Positions 41,253-56,039 are shown, counted from the stretch's first letter. The stretch is 64,000 nucleotides of DNA from Eledone cirrhosa (GCA_964016885.1 OZ024742.1:56358001-56422000); one strand, 5' to 3'. Translations and numbers: made by a program. Notes: generated from the letters alone by a model not told the origin.

Positions 41253-42677
41253 CAATGCATGTGTATAGCGAGTGTTCTCGTCTGAAATTTAATTCCACAT
41301 GCTCAATTACATTAAGACTTACATGTATTTCATGACAAATATGCATTTCTCTTTCCCGGCTATATGGAATGTTAAAGTGACCGGGATAATACAATTCCCA
41401 TTTACGTAATATTAGCACACAAATTTGGACTAGTGTCATGGTAAAATGACGTATCGGTGAATTAGATGTCAGCCGACATACTCGTGGTGTATGTTGTAGA
41501 GTCAGGACTACCTATAAAGCAATCAATTAATCATGGATTTGCTATAGAGCAAATAACAAGTATGTGTGTATTGTTATATAATTTATTGTCAAACTACTTT
41601 AATCAATACATTTATTATTGCATGTACGTTAGGTTTTATCATTAATAATTCTCATGAATACCTAAGATTTACAATTACATGTCTATCCAATTATACTGGA
41701 GGATCACAGGGATATAATACAGACTACATGATTATTGTGATATGTATTATTCTATCTGTGTCAAATTTCTTCATATAATTCTCTTGCCGAATGATCATGG
41801 CGTGGAATGGAGTAGATTACACTCCCGTTAAATTGATGTACATTCATCGGTTTCGGCGATGAGTGTTCCATTTTTTTTTATCAACGAAACAGCCGGTTCA
41901 TAAAATTAAAGTGTAAGTGACTGAGTATTCCACAGACATGTGTATCATTAACGTAATTTTAAGGGAGATTCAGCTTGCACAGTCTGACGCTTTCACTTAC
42001 AGGCACAGCCCATCAGTCAGGCTTTCAAATAATTTCCATTAACTCAATTTTACTCACAAGGCATGGATCGACCGGTAGTTATGATAAATGACGCTTAGGT
42101 TGTCATGCAATTGGAGCGAACTCAAAACCTAATATTTGCAAAGCGAACCACTTAACCATTCGGTCATGCTCCTTCTACACCATCGTAAACACAATTCATT
42201 AATTTGCCAATTTCTTGGTCGTAATACAACTGAATATTCTCTCGTAACATGCAAATCTATAGGTCTTAAATAATTAGCTTTTTCAAACTATTTCCGGAAA
42301 TATCCAAAGCTGCCACCTAGTGATTAATCAATTAATTAATTATTATGAAATCTCATCAACATGTAAATGGATATTCTATATACCAGCAAATTTTACAATG
42401 TTTGGTATTCTTTTTTTTTTAATGAATTGAAAACCTTCCAACAATTTAACCCTTATATTGCTAATTAAATCTCGAACCGTTGTGGGAGACATATTTGTAA
42501 ATACAGGCGTAAAGGATTTCTGAAATTATACCCAGGTTTCTTATAATGAGAGACGTTTACATTTCGGAACTGGCAAGATGTTCTACTCAATAAGGGCTAA
42601 GCCATCCTAACTAACAATTAAATGGTAGGTGTAGATCTCATTGATACCTTCTTGATAGGTGCAAGGTAATATATCTG

Positions 42678-42736
42678 AATCAATGACTGATCCGTAGATC
42701 CAAATTTGGTTTGGATGTACGGATCAGTCGTTGATT
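42678..42736. repeat. Isolated 59-nt hairpin with 27-bp arms
   Basis: AATCAATGACTGATCCGTAGATCCAAA TTTGG TTTGGATGTACGGATCAGTCGTTGATT. Confidence 0.85.
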
Positions 42737-44137
42737 ACATTTCTCCAAATGTATATTTAACAAAATATATAGTAAATCTATCAAAAATTAAGTGCTCCTA
42801 CTAGTCTTTCAATATTGGCTATGGACATGTTCCTTTTAGAGATTTAAACAAAAATTGTTCTTTCAGATAACAGAATGGTGTGTAATTTTTACGGCGGTAG
42901 GGAACATGAATTTTATTTACAGTACAGTTATAAAATCGTTATATTTGGCAGCATGGTTCTCCAAAATTATGATACTATCTGTTTCAGCATTCGTTTTCAC
43001 ACCACGAATCTTGTAAAGCAAATACAGACATTCACATTAGCATAATGCTCTAAAAAACGACAAACTATAGAAACGTAAAACGTGAGACGTGAAGACACCG
43101 ATTGCCGGAGCATATATATCGAATTTGACCCCGTAGACAAAATTGTGAATTCGTTGCTGCGTAGAACAGCTAAGTAAACCCGCTACATCAGCCGTTCCAC
43201 CCCACCGGACTTCTTCAATCGTGATTCTCTCGACCCAAGTCACTGCATAGAGACAGTCCATGCACAGAGGACACCGTGTGGTGTCAAGGGCAAATGTTTC
43301 AGACGAAATTACCGTTTTTTTTTAATTTTGTTGATTTATCGTCTTTAACAAAAAGACAGTCAATTATCTATGTATCCAAATTATGTTTATTAGCAACTAT
43401 AACTGGCAAAACTATTAATATTAACATGGCATAACTATTAACATTTCTCATTTTTGGTGAGTTACAGTTAAGGTAACGATAGAATATATTGATAATATAA
43501 TTAATATGTATACTAGATGGCCGAGTAGACCGTCAGGAAAGATGTCAACTAACCTACTGTTGACAGATATATCAATTTAAACTAATTGCTATTGATTAAA
43601 ATATATATCACATGAGACAAAATAAAAATATTTTCTGAGAGGTTTGAAAACGATTTCTCTTGATCAAATATGTCTTGCATAAAATGCGCAATTTTAGACT
43701 AAATCATTGAGTTAAAATTGATTTTCTCGTTTTTCCTTAAAGGTTGTTACAGTATTTATTTGCTCTGCGCTAAATCAACGTTTGCTAATTATTCAATTAG
43801 TTGTGTGCTTTAGTATTCATTTTAGATATGTAAAAAATATAATTAGATTGATTAAAATTAATAGACAGAATAATGTGATGCAATTTTTAGTTGAAATAAG
43901 AAGAAACGTAAAGAGACCTCCAGCTACTGCACTAGCTTGCATGGCCAGAATGCTTCAGATGCAAGAAGATTGAATTTGTTACACAAATATAATGATTTTA
44001 CTTCATTGCTACGTTTATCAAATTATTTCATTCCAATGTCTGTTTTTTCTTTAATTATTAACTGAAATAATGTTTCTGTTTTCTTTTTTGAACTATGCTT
44101 TCTTCAACATTTCCAACATAGATATTTTTTACTGAAG

Positions 44138-44380
44138 GATCAATTCTACAATTCTGATTCTGATTTCATGGTAAGTCTGACCCTGTTAAGACTTATAAGA
44201 CTTTTAAGAATATATAATTTTAAAACTTAAATTCAATTATCAACAGTGTGCATTTCTTGGAGTCAGGGAAATAGGTAAAACCACTGTGTGATTTCTTCAT
44301 ATATTCCAGAGATCCACAAACATTGTAGAAGAAAAAGATTTCAACTCAGATACGAAATCATTTGAAGACACAACTTGCAG
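44138..44380 (+). CDS. Two candidate small in-frame exons (44138-44170 and 44310-44380)
   Basis: TTTTTTACTGAAG|DQFYNSDSDFM|GTAAGT and TTCCAG|RSTNIVEEKDFNSDTKSFEDTTC.|GTAACA; compatible phase-0 junction. Confidence 0.35.
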
Positions 44381-44834
44381 GTAACATGTCTATATTTCAT
44401 AGTAGCACGATTATTTCAGAGCAAGACACCTGAGTAAGAATCTAAAAATTTGAACAATTATAATATAACTAAATAGGATACCAGTTAACTTAACTGCTTG
44501 TATGAACAATTTCGAAATTAGGGCGTGGATATCCATTGCATCAAATTAAAGATTACCATAGTGGTAATAAATTTAAGCATTGTCACTGAATGAAAAGCAT
44601 ATCCGTTAGAAAGTATGTTGCATACCATGTTATCTAATTCTATATGATATAATATTTAGAGTAGCTTGCGACAGAAGCAATGTGCCTGCCAGTTATGAAA
44701 CTGCAGAGATATTGACTCTAGTACTGGACTAGTAATTATTTTATCGACTTCGAAAGGATGAAAAGCAAATTTGCTTCGGCGAAAAATGATCTAAAGACAC
44801 AGGGATTCTGAACTGTTACTGCAAGGCATTATAT

Positions 44835-45025
44835 GGCGGTGGATTGGCAGTATCGGTAGATGTTCGGACACCATGCTTTGACGCATAGAGTTACGGCCCT
44901 TGCCATTCTGAGTTCAAATCCCGCCGAGGTTAACTTTGCCTTTCATCCTTACGGGTCGATAAAATAAAGTACCAGTAATGTACTGGGTAATTTTCTGGCC
45001 TTGTGCCAATAGTAGAAACAATTAT
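44835..45025 (+). mobile_element. SINE family A inserted into an older, oppositely oriented related SINE (~44720-45062)
   Basis: Full consensus; flanking ATTATATG repeat; host halves TTTTATCGACTTCGAAAGGATGAAAAGC (left) and TTCTAACGACTCGACCATTACGTCGCC (right). Confidence 0.85.
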
Positions 45026-45427
45026 ATGTGTAGTTCTAACGACTCGACCATTACGTCGCCTTACAATTTATCATAGTGGTAATAAATTAAACTATTCCCA
45101 CAAAATCAAAAACCGTATCCATAGCGAAGAATGTTGAACGTCAGATGGCTTTTAAACTAATTCCATGTGATGTAATGTTTAAAATAGCTTGCGAGAGAAA
45201 CAATGCCTGTCAGTTATTACGTATAAGAGATATTACATATAATTCTGTTCTAATGTTTTTAACCAAAATACAAACTTAAAATATTAATCCCAATGTACGA
45301 AAACCTTTTCAAATATTTCAAATGGTTGTTCTAGCTTGAATGTTAAAAGCAATTGACGAAATATATGTACATTTGCGCAAATTATATATATATATACATA
45401 TACATATATATATATATATAATATTAA

Positions 45428-45477
<50 letters not shown>

Positions 45478-45799
45478 CATATACATATATATATATATAT
45501 AATATTAATATATATATATATATACACACATTATTTGCCATCTTTAATATTCATATTCAATACTATTTGTGTGGTTCGAAATCTGAAAAAATATTTATCA
45601 ATAGATGGAACCAGATTAATTCACCATAAAACTAAAAACTAAAACTACTGTAAATATAAACGAGCCGAATTTTGTAGCAGTAATTTAAAAAATGACAAAA
45701 GAAAATGTACATGTGCATAAAGAAACATAAGTAAATAAAATGTATTCATATCCTACGCTTATATATGTTTGTGTGTGCGCGTGTGTGTATGTATCTCTC

Positions 45800-45955
45800 T
45801 AGGGCGGGTAAAATTCCCGAGATCCATGGACGAGTTCTCTCCAGCGGTCTCTGTCCCTCATTATCGCTGCCATGTCCTGCGTCTCCAACAGACCAGTGTC
45901 TGTCCTTAGGGCATCAACATACGTTAACCTTGGTCTTCCTCTTCCAGTGTGTCCA
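45800..45955 (-). mobile_element. RTE-clade LINE 3' end
   Basis: Minus strand [42 protein letters not shown] (GRP..DR..W RTE C-terminus); nearly identical to 51530-51648. Confidence 0.8.
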
Positions 45956-46075
45956 TATATGTATATGTATGTGTAAATATATATATATATATATGTGTGT
46001 GTGTGAGTCTGTATCCGTGTCTGTATATATATATATATATATGTGTGCGTGTGTGTGTGTGTGTGTGTGTATATA

Positions 46076-46132
<57 letters not shown>

Positions 46133-47467
46133 GTGTGTGTGTGGGTGGGTGTGCATTGTGGATGTTATTGAAGTTGCTGAACCTCCACCGTTTCTGACGA
46201 CGAATTCTTTAGTTGATTGAATCAAGGGAAATGCCTGCTTTTTAAATTACCTTAAGTGAATGAGCATTCCCAGACGCGTGTTTCTTTAACGTAGTTCTCA
46301 ACCACCACTGAAAGAGCAACAACTGCACGAAATTATTTTACATTAAGATTATTTCTACTTCATTTCATTTGTGAGGGCAAAGGTGTTTCTCTTTATATTT
46401 CTTGGCATTTGGGATTCGGCGATCTTTTATCATTAAATCGATGTTGTTTTAATGATATATTAAACTTTGCTCTACCTTTGATTCATCTTGATAAAAATTG
46501 ATACCCCATTTATTTTCAACCATACATTAGTAATTTAGAGTTATAAACATCCATAACATAACAGAGTAATATCCTGAGTGATATATCTTGATATTATTTT
46601 AAATAATTTCAGTATTCTTTCAGTGAGAGTAGTAACTTTTCAGCACATAGAACATTGACATTGAAACTTTTAGAAACCCAGTAGGAAAGCATATATAATA
46701 GTTGATAGGGAAAATGCTAAGCTGATTTTTAATCATCGTAAAGTATGGTGAATGTGAAAAATGTATTTAAAATGTATTGCACGTAATTATCCCATATCAT
46801 TTATCTGCTAATAAATCATTTTTTTTTTCTGCTATGACGTATAACTGTAAAAGAAAACCTTTTAGGTGCCGGCTTAAATTTCAATAGAGTCCACATTCAC
46901 TACAAACATTGCGGAAGTGCTTAGCTATAGACTCCTTGCTTCCATTGATTTTATATGTTTAAGTGCTTATGAATGATGTTGTATTTGCGGTGGTTGTGGT
47001 GTTGCATTCGCATTACGAAAATAACAACAAAAAAAAAGAAACAGAAACAAAAAGATATGGTTATGTAGAAACCTATGGAGAATAAATGGTAGAGATAAAA
47101 GCAAAGGAGAAAAGGTGAAGCGTAGAAGAGCAAAAAATGCAAAGTAGGATGAAAATACTATAGAGAAGGATGTTTGATACAAAGTAATGAAAGTGGTTAG
47201 GATGTAGTATTGAAGGTAGTTTAAGATATAATAATGAACGTGGTTTGAGCTGAAGTAATACAAAAGTGTTATGATATAGTAATGAAAGAAACGTATGTAT
47301 ATATTTGGCTTATACTTTCATTTTAACTCTTTCAAAAATATGTTTTAATATCATGTTATATATTACAGGTATATCAATCTGTAGGTGTAGGGAGTAGTAT
47401 ATGGTTCGTAAGGTTATACTTATGTCCGGGTGTGCATATATGTTTATGTATATGCATATATACATAC

Positions 47468-47498
<31 letters not shown>

Positions 47499-48882
47499 AG
47501 GGAGAGTTTTTGTGCGTCTATGTGCGTATGAGTTTGTGTTATATTTCTATATAGGAAGATATTCCTAGTTTTACTCTATAATAATTTCCATCCAATGTAC
47601 AACGCTTGTTAATCGCTGTTTTGTCTTAGATATCACCCAATTTTGAGGTCACCAATTAATACATATGTTCAACGATATGGTACAAAATATATTCTACTAT
47701 TTATATTATGTAAGGGAAATCGTATTAGTTGATACTGAATTCTTCGATTCTGCTTAAATTTGATTGCTCCTATTTAGAAAACAACTTAGTATTTAACATC
47801 GTTCCAGCCAGTGAATGCCAACCGTTATGAAACATACATCTCTATATCTAATAATCGATTCGACGATTGAAGAATTGTGGATAATATCATCAAACGAATT
47901 TAATGAATTTATTAATATTGTTGTGTGTTCAATCTTAATCAAATCCCTCTGAGAAATCGGTAAATAATTACCGGTATCGACTTTTGCAAACTCTGTTGAT
48001 TTTACGAAATACAAGTTTTTAATAAAGATATTATTATTACTGAATTAATTGCAATAATCTATAAATCAAAGGATTTTCTTAAATATAAATACCATGGTTT
48101 ATACCATCATATAGTTTCTATAACCAATAATGAATATCAAAATCCACTTAATACATATTCAAATATCTCAAAAGCTTGTATAATTATATAGAGACGTATA
48201 GATTTTGTGTGGTTTTTACTATGCTATATCTTAGAATATGTTTGTAGTGGTAAAGGTTTTATTGCTCTTAGTCAATAATTAATCGAGGATAAATTAGTTG
48301 AAGTATTAAACCATTCAATGAATAATAAATATAAGTATCGCAATATGAAATAATAAATAATGTTGCATTATTTATAGTCTTGTTCTAAAATAAATTATAT
48401 TTGTTGTCAAATACCGATGACTAACCGGAAATACACTTAAAACGTGATGTTTACTTAATTCGATATAATTCAATTTTATGACAAGAATTTTATTGCGTTG
48501 GTGTGGTACATAACTCCCGCGATCATTCACCATTAGTATCAGTCAGAATGCTTACTCTGCGCCCAATATAAGCCAAACAGATATTTTGTGTTGTCATCCA
48601 CGCAAAGGAAAATCACTCTTCAATGAATATATTAAAATACCGTTAGGGCTAGAAAATAGGTTGAGAGCCGCCACTAGAAAGAATCGAACTCTGTATCTCA
48701 AAGTCAAATTTCAAATGATACTGAGTTTGGCACTCTGTAGTGGCTGCTGTCCAATTATTTTCTAACGCTATTATCATTGTAGCGGCTATGTATGAATATC
48801 AACATTTTCAAGGATATATATACATACATACATATATATACATACATACACACACACACCCACACATATATGTATATATATA

Positions 48883-48960
<78 letters not shown>

Positions 48961-49042
48961 TGTGTGTCTGTGTGTCTGTGTATACAGTATATCAAGAAGA
49001 AAACACAAAAAGGCTATTTTATCATCTGATCTTTAATTTAAA

Positions 49043-49221
<179 letters not shown>

Positions 49222-49913
49222 ATAAAATAGCAGGAGGACTTGTGTAAATCCTTGAAAGGTTTATTATACTTTTATGCTGTTTGACTGCTAAACAAGGACT
49301 TAATCTTTACTTTATATCCCACCTTGAAAATCTATTGAGGATCTCTATAATACACTTAAAATTTGTTCATAAAAGACTCTCTCTCTCTACATTCTTTAAC
49401 TAAATCTCGCAACCCAAACCATAAATTTTTTTTAAACTGTTTAATTTTTAATTTTCTAATTTTTTTTTATTTTATAATTTTAATCTTTAATTTAATTTTT
49501 TTTTTTTTTAAATTTCACCCCATAAATCTAAACAAAAATGTTACGTTCCAATTTTCTATTCACACATTATACCATGCAGACGCCCACTATATATACCTCT
49601 GTTATAATATATACCTCTGTTAAGATATAGGTTCTTTAGAATAACATTTTTCGCGTCAATTCCTAGCCTCATTGTTGCATGACATTAACGCTGACTTTTC
49701 TTCTTTCTTTCTGTCTTTTTTTTCTCTTTGACCGGGAGGTTAGTAGCACATTATAAGCTTTCGCCCCCTCACCAGATAGCCTTAAGTAGACCGAATAGCC
49801 AGCACTTAAGGGCGACCGGCTAAAGTGGAAGATGCTAGATGGTCGGTCGTCCTCGGGTCTATGATTTTCAGCCCCATGGATTTTATCTGTTACATTCATT
49901 TATTATATTTCGA

Positions 49914-49971
49914 ATACCTGATGATATCACCGGATCCATACGGAACCCGGTCATTGAAATGATCATAGTAT
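49914..49971 (+). ncRNA. Type I hammerhead ribozyme in an element spanning ~49218-50150
   Basis: AUAC-CUGAUGA-UAUC ACCGG...CCGGU CAUU-GAAA-U GAUC A-UA-GUAU; palindromic GAUC loop; two mismatches near the stem II base. Confidence 0.75.
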
Positions 49972-50149
49972 AATAAACCTTTCAAGGATTTAAACAAGTC
50001 CAGCCTCCTGTTATTTTATTATAATATTTAACCAACTACACAAACGAAGACGGTTGAGCTGCTTTACGTTGAGTACTCTCCATATTATTACATCAAGATT
50101 GACCATACGGAATGACCAGCTCTATCCAGTGGTGAATCTTCAAACCTAA

Positions 50150-50190
<41 letters not shown>

Positions 50191-50499
50191 TTTTGAAATA
50201 AAGATCAGATGGTAAAATATACACAAATAATTATTTGAACTTGAGCAATGCTTTTTACTTCCCCTTTTTTTATTTCCTCTTTCCTTTGTATACTTTTTGC
50301 AGAAACACGTGTTACCAAAATATAATCCATTAATGTTCATACTTTCTCCGTTGTGACATTGAAGATACTTGAACATATCTGACGAAATTGTACGAAATAC
50401 ATAATTCAGGCAATGGAAATGGCCATAATAGCAATGACATAATAAATAAAATGATATAAAATTCTGGAATACTGCCTTATTCTTCATTCGTATATATAT

Positions 50500-51285
50500 A
50501 TATAAAGAAAAAAGATGAAATCGAAAATGCAACTGGAGTCTTTTTTTTTTTAAATATATATATTTATTTGGTTCCTTTACCGGTTTCGCAGTTCTTCTGC
50601 TTTTCAAAAGTACAGTTCAGATGGAGGATCTGTGGTTTTTCTCACATCTGGTTGGTCTTTGAATGTTATTTGTTTTATATGGAAAAAAGTGGCTCGAAAT
50701 GCCAGGTTTTTAGAGAAGTAATTTAATTGGTTGGTGAATAAGTATAATAAATTTCGCGCCATTTCGAGTTACCAAGTTCTTCAAACAAAGGGGGGGGGGG
50801 GCTCAGGTTGTTTTTTCATATATGAGTGAAGTTTGGTTGGTTGATGCGGTCACATGAATAAGCACATCAACTTTCGCGCCAGTTTGTGTTTGAATTTCTT
50901 TTTACTTAAATAAAGATGCCTCACGAAGGCTTTTTTTTTATTTATTACAACCAAACTTCACTCATATATGAAAAAGCAACCTGAGCCCCCCCCCCCCCCT
51001 TTGTTTGAAAACCTTTGTAACATGAACTGGCGCGGAATTTATTATACTTGTTCACCAACCTATCAAATTACTTCTCTAAAAACCTGGCATTTCGAGCCAC
51101 TTTTTTCCATATAAAACAAGTAACATTCAAAGACCAACCAGATGTGAGAAAAACCACAGACCCTCCATCTCAACTCCACTTTTGTAAAGCAGAAGAACTG
51201 CGAAACCAGTAAAGGAACCAAATAATTATATATATTTAAAAAAAGACTCCAGTTGCATTTTCGATTTCATCTTTTTTCCTTATAC
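50500..51285. repeat. Large imperfect inverted repeat (~335-bp arms, ~105-bp spacer) with an HHR motif in each arm
   Basis: 50505-50840 is the reverse complement of 50948-51280, including poly-G/poly-C tracts and the GCAGAAGAACTGCGAAACC motif. Confidence 0.9.
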
Positions 51286-51529
51286 TTTCACTCGTATAGG
51301 ACACCTCGGTTATTTTTCATTTTGTAAAAAAAACCTCACTTTCTAATATATATATATGGAAAATAATTCAGGACCCCGACGACTGAGCTCCGGAGGTTTC
51401 AACACCTAGATCCGTCGGTGTCCTGACTTTTTTCATATTATTCACTTTACTACCCTAAGTATCGAGTTCCCTGGTGAGAAATGATCTAACTGTTTGTTAC
51501 CGCCTCCATTCTGATATATATATATATAA

Positions 51530-51972
<443 letters not shown>

Positions 51973-52756
51973 TAAAAAGTAGGTAACAAATCATAATCCA
52001 ATATATACCCGCTCACAAAGTATATGTTATAATATCATTTCATAATTTGGTTAAATGTAATAAACTTCTATTCACATGAGACATTTAAACTCCTCAGAAT
52101 GCTGCAGCTGAATTGCAAAGATTATAGAGAAATCGGGAATTATTGATTTGACAAGCAAATGACCAACCCAATACATTTAAGAAGTGAAACATTATATGGC
52201 TTATCTCTTCCATCAATGCGAGTGTTAAATCTCAGCAGAAAGACACTAACCTCTGCATGATATCTAAACATTTCCCATGTGGCCATTAGTATGAGGTATA
52301 TAATAAGAAACATTATTTAAATAATCTTCAAGTGAATATCGAATATAGCGAACATTACCAAATCTAAAATGACGACTGCAATTTAAGTGATAATAATAAC
52401 CTATAATAATAATAACCTATAATACGTAACTATAAGGCTTCTGGTGGTATTATTTACGACAGTCTACCGCTTGATTTCATTGAATTAAATATAATTTGCT
52501 AAATACCCCTTATAAAGTCAACTATACCAAAGGATAAGTATAAATAATTGCTTCTGCAGTAAAAATAAAGTAATGTTTCAGCAACGTAAACGGGGTTCTT
52601 CTACTAGGTCAACAACACATAGTCTAGTGAGCAGTTATGCGAGAGGGCATTACAAAATTGTAAGGGATCTCAGTTTAATACAAATCTGCATGATTAATAT
52701 AATCATATAAAATTTCTTGCGATTAATAAAAAAAAAATCGCTATGTGTGTATATAA

Positions 52757-52799
<43 letters not shown>

Positions 52800-52928
52800 A
52801 AAGTTCTATTTAAAATTGTTGGGATACAACAAGTAAATATTTTTATAACTGATATAAAGCACTCGGCAAGTATTTGGAGTAGATATACGATATTAATAAA
52901 TGGAAACTATATTTATAAAACCATATTT

Positions 52929-52991
52929 ATTTCATTATACATATTTCAGGGATACCAAATTAAATTATGGTATGCCTTCATCAGACAAAAT
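52929..52991 (-). ncRNA. Type I hammerhead ribozyme inside fold-back 52885-53130
   Basis: AUUUUGU-CUGAUGA-AGG C AUACCA...UGGUAU C CCU-GAAA-UAUGUA-UA-AUGAAAU. Confidence 0.85.
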
Positions 52992-53125
52992 ACAATATAT
53001 AACAGTTTTACAAATCAGCTTTGACGTACCCTTTTAAAATGCAACCATTATTTTTGGAAGCCATCTGAAATATGTATACTGAAATAAATATGGTTTTATA
53101 AATATAGTTTCCATTTATTAATATC

Positions 53126-53159
<34 letters not shown>

Positions 53160-53163
<4 letters not shown>

Positions 53164-54200
53164 GTATATTGTTATACTTGAGGAGGGTCATATTGTTGTA
53201 ATAATATTGCCAGAATTAATAGCACTCACTGTTTGGTTGGTTTTCGCTTCTGTATCTTTTATATCAGTTAATTCATTCGGTCCTCAATGTTTACCTTTGA
53301 CTGACCAACGGTCAAAAATACAGGTATAATATAGATATAAACACAAATATATAGTCTAACAAAATTCTTTCGTTGCACATCTGCAACATCGTCAGTGGTG
53401 CAATTATGTTCCACCTGTTGTATTGTATATCTACGCCATCTTTATTTTATCTGTTTACTTATTTATTTATTTTTGTCTTCTTCTCTGCGCATGCGTGTGT
53501 ATATAGTGTTTGATGTGTGTTCGCGTTTGGATGACTGTGTTTTGGTTATTGTATTCTAACTTAGTCTACTAATGTGTGCTTATATGTGTTTGTTGTTATT
53601 GTGCTTGTGTGTATATTTATTTATTTATTTATTTATATTTCTCTTAAGTCAGTATTGTTTGATTGGGTGTTGTTGTTATTCCATTCATTTTTTCTGTTTA
53701 GCTTTGGCCTTCTAAGTGCTATTTCACTTGCCTCTCTGATTTGCCTATCAGCTGGGACATTTCTATGTTTAGATATTATTTTAATTTCTATGTGTCTAGA
53801 TTACGGTCATGCTGTTGTCTGGCGTGTTCGTATAGTAACCGTTTTTTCGTCCTTTAATTCCCCCCAGTGTTGGTCTATCCTTTCACCTATGCTACGAGCC
53901 GTCTCGCCTATGTATGTTGTTGTCATGTTTCTGCAAGTACCCTCTGTACATCTTATGCTATAGACTACGTTTCTAGTTTTACAGTTTATCCGGGGGTTTA
54001 CTTTACATATAATACATTTCTTATTTGTACAGTGGGTTTTCTTGAAAGGGTATGTTTTGCTGATCAGGGATTTTATGGTAGTTCCTGGCTTTTCTCCCAC
54101 TTTAATCTTGAAGTGGGTCTTTCTCAGGGCCTTTCTACACTGGTTAGCTACACGGGGTAGCGTCTGGTATCTCTAGTTGTCGTACCATAGGCTTTCCCTA
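53160..54200 (-). mobile_element. Penelope-like element 3' fragment: Cys-rich linker, GIY-YIG endonuclease and 3' non-coding region
   Basis: ORF 53807-54100: CTNKKCIIC..CKTRNVVYSIRC..C...YIGETARSIGERIDQH. Downstream region is homologous to 56095-56630 and has a degenerate HHR core at ~53355-53400. Confidence 0.85.
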
Positions 54201-54452
54201 TCTTATGATTAGACTAAACATAAGATATATATATGTGTATATATGTGTGTATATATATATATATATATACATATATATACATATAAGTACGATGTATGGT
54301 AGGTCGTATGTGAATCGCGATGATCACGTCTGACCTACTAAATATGCGACGGTAGCTAGTTAAGCTCTATGCGTATAAGCAGAGCAGAAATATTAATGAA
54401 CATTAATATATACATATATATACATATATATACATATATATATACACGCGCG

Positions 54453-54528
<76 letters not shown>

Positions 54529-54975
54529 TACATACATACATGCATACATGCATATATGTATATATGCGTGTGTGTGTGTGTGGGGGGGGGGGTTAAATAT
54601 TTCCATAGAAAAGGTAAAGGAAAGAAGAGGGTTCTATGTATAGTACAGAGCTATTTAATTAATAATAAACAACACAATATAATTATGGAATAATCATAGA
54701 ATAATTATATTGTGTCGTATATTATGTAAATAAATGTACGTATATATATATATATATAATAAAAGTTATATCTGTATAAATACAGAGCGTATAACAGAGA
54801 ATGCAACAACGTGTATAAATATATACATATATAATATGTAGGCATGTAAACATGTCAGAAAATACGAATTTCTTTCTATTTGGAAATGTTAATAAACCTC
54901 TTTAATCGATTTGATGAGCAAATTGGACCATTACAGAAGACGTGTATATCATATAATCAAACATAAATTTGATAA

Positions 54976-55023
<48 letters not shown>

Positions 55024-55215
55024 TCATTCACTCCGAGTACATACATTTTTTCTGAGTCTTTACATTATCCCCGCTATTACCTTTGCATGTCATGATTCTG
55101 ATGTCGATATAAATGTGCTCGGCAAACAAATATGGTGTCGATCTATTCGAATTTCATCTTCACCAAATTGCTGGCTTTGTGAATAAATTTAAAATCGTTA
55201 TTTCAATAACTACAA

Positions 55216-55463
55216 GGCGGTGGATTAGCAGAATGTTTAGAGCATCGGACACCATGCTTTGAAGCATAGCGTTACGTCCCTTTACGTTCAAATTCCAGAA
55301 ATGTTAATTTTGCCTTTCATCCTTACGGGGCCCATGAAATAAAGTACCAGTAATGCTAATGCACTGAGGTTCATTTAATCGGCCCCAGTAATTCACTGGG
55401 GTCAATTTAATCGACTTTTCCCCTCCACCAAAATTGCTGGCCTTTTGCCTAAATCTGAAACCA
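55216..55463 (+). mobile_element. SINE family A variant with 16-bp TSD and an internal duplication
   Basis: TTATTTCAATAACTAC at 55198-55213 and 55464-55479; repeated CACTG.GGT..ATTTAATCG unit. Confidence 0.88.
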
Positions 55464-55983
55464 TTATTTCAATAACTACGAAACTGCTATGTTTAACTTA
55501 TATTCATATGAATAGCTAGTCTAGCATGCGTAAAGACAATCCTTCGAAATGCATAAATTGAAGTATAACAATTGTATTAGACAAATAGACATGATTTATC
55601 GTCAGTTACAATGGGACAAATTGTATGGCAAGTTGCTGTACTTGCTTTAAATTGATTAGTTAACTAACGGAACGGCTATTTTTAAGTTCATTAGGTAAGA
55701 CTACTTGAAATCAGTGTTAATTTCACCTCAAACGGAAAATTGAAAAGCGGATCATTGGAAAATACCTTCTAGAGTAACCTTAAGCAATGACGATCTCTGC
55801 GATTCTTTTTCAAGTTCAGAAAAATGTGTTTAAAAAAGCTTCTAGATATCTTACTAATAATTTAAATTGAGGTATTTCAAACGCAATCACTTATTGCATA
55901 TTCACCATCATTAATGATTTATTCACTTTCTCGCAAGATTAAAGTAGCAACATGGCGGTTCTTAATGAGCAGACGTAAACATG

Positions 55984-56039
<56 letters not shown>

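Noticed and set aside
49745-49862. Minus-strand CCGAGGA...GAAAGCUUAUA as a second HHR in the 49 kb element
   Set aside because: Non-canonical core and no convincing stem I.
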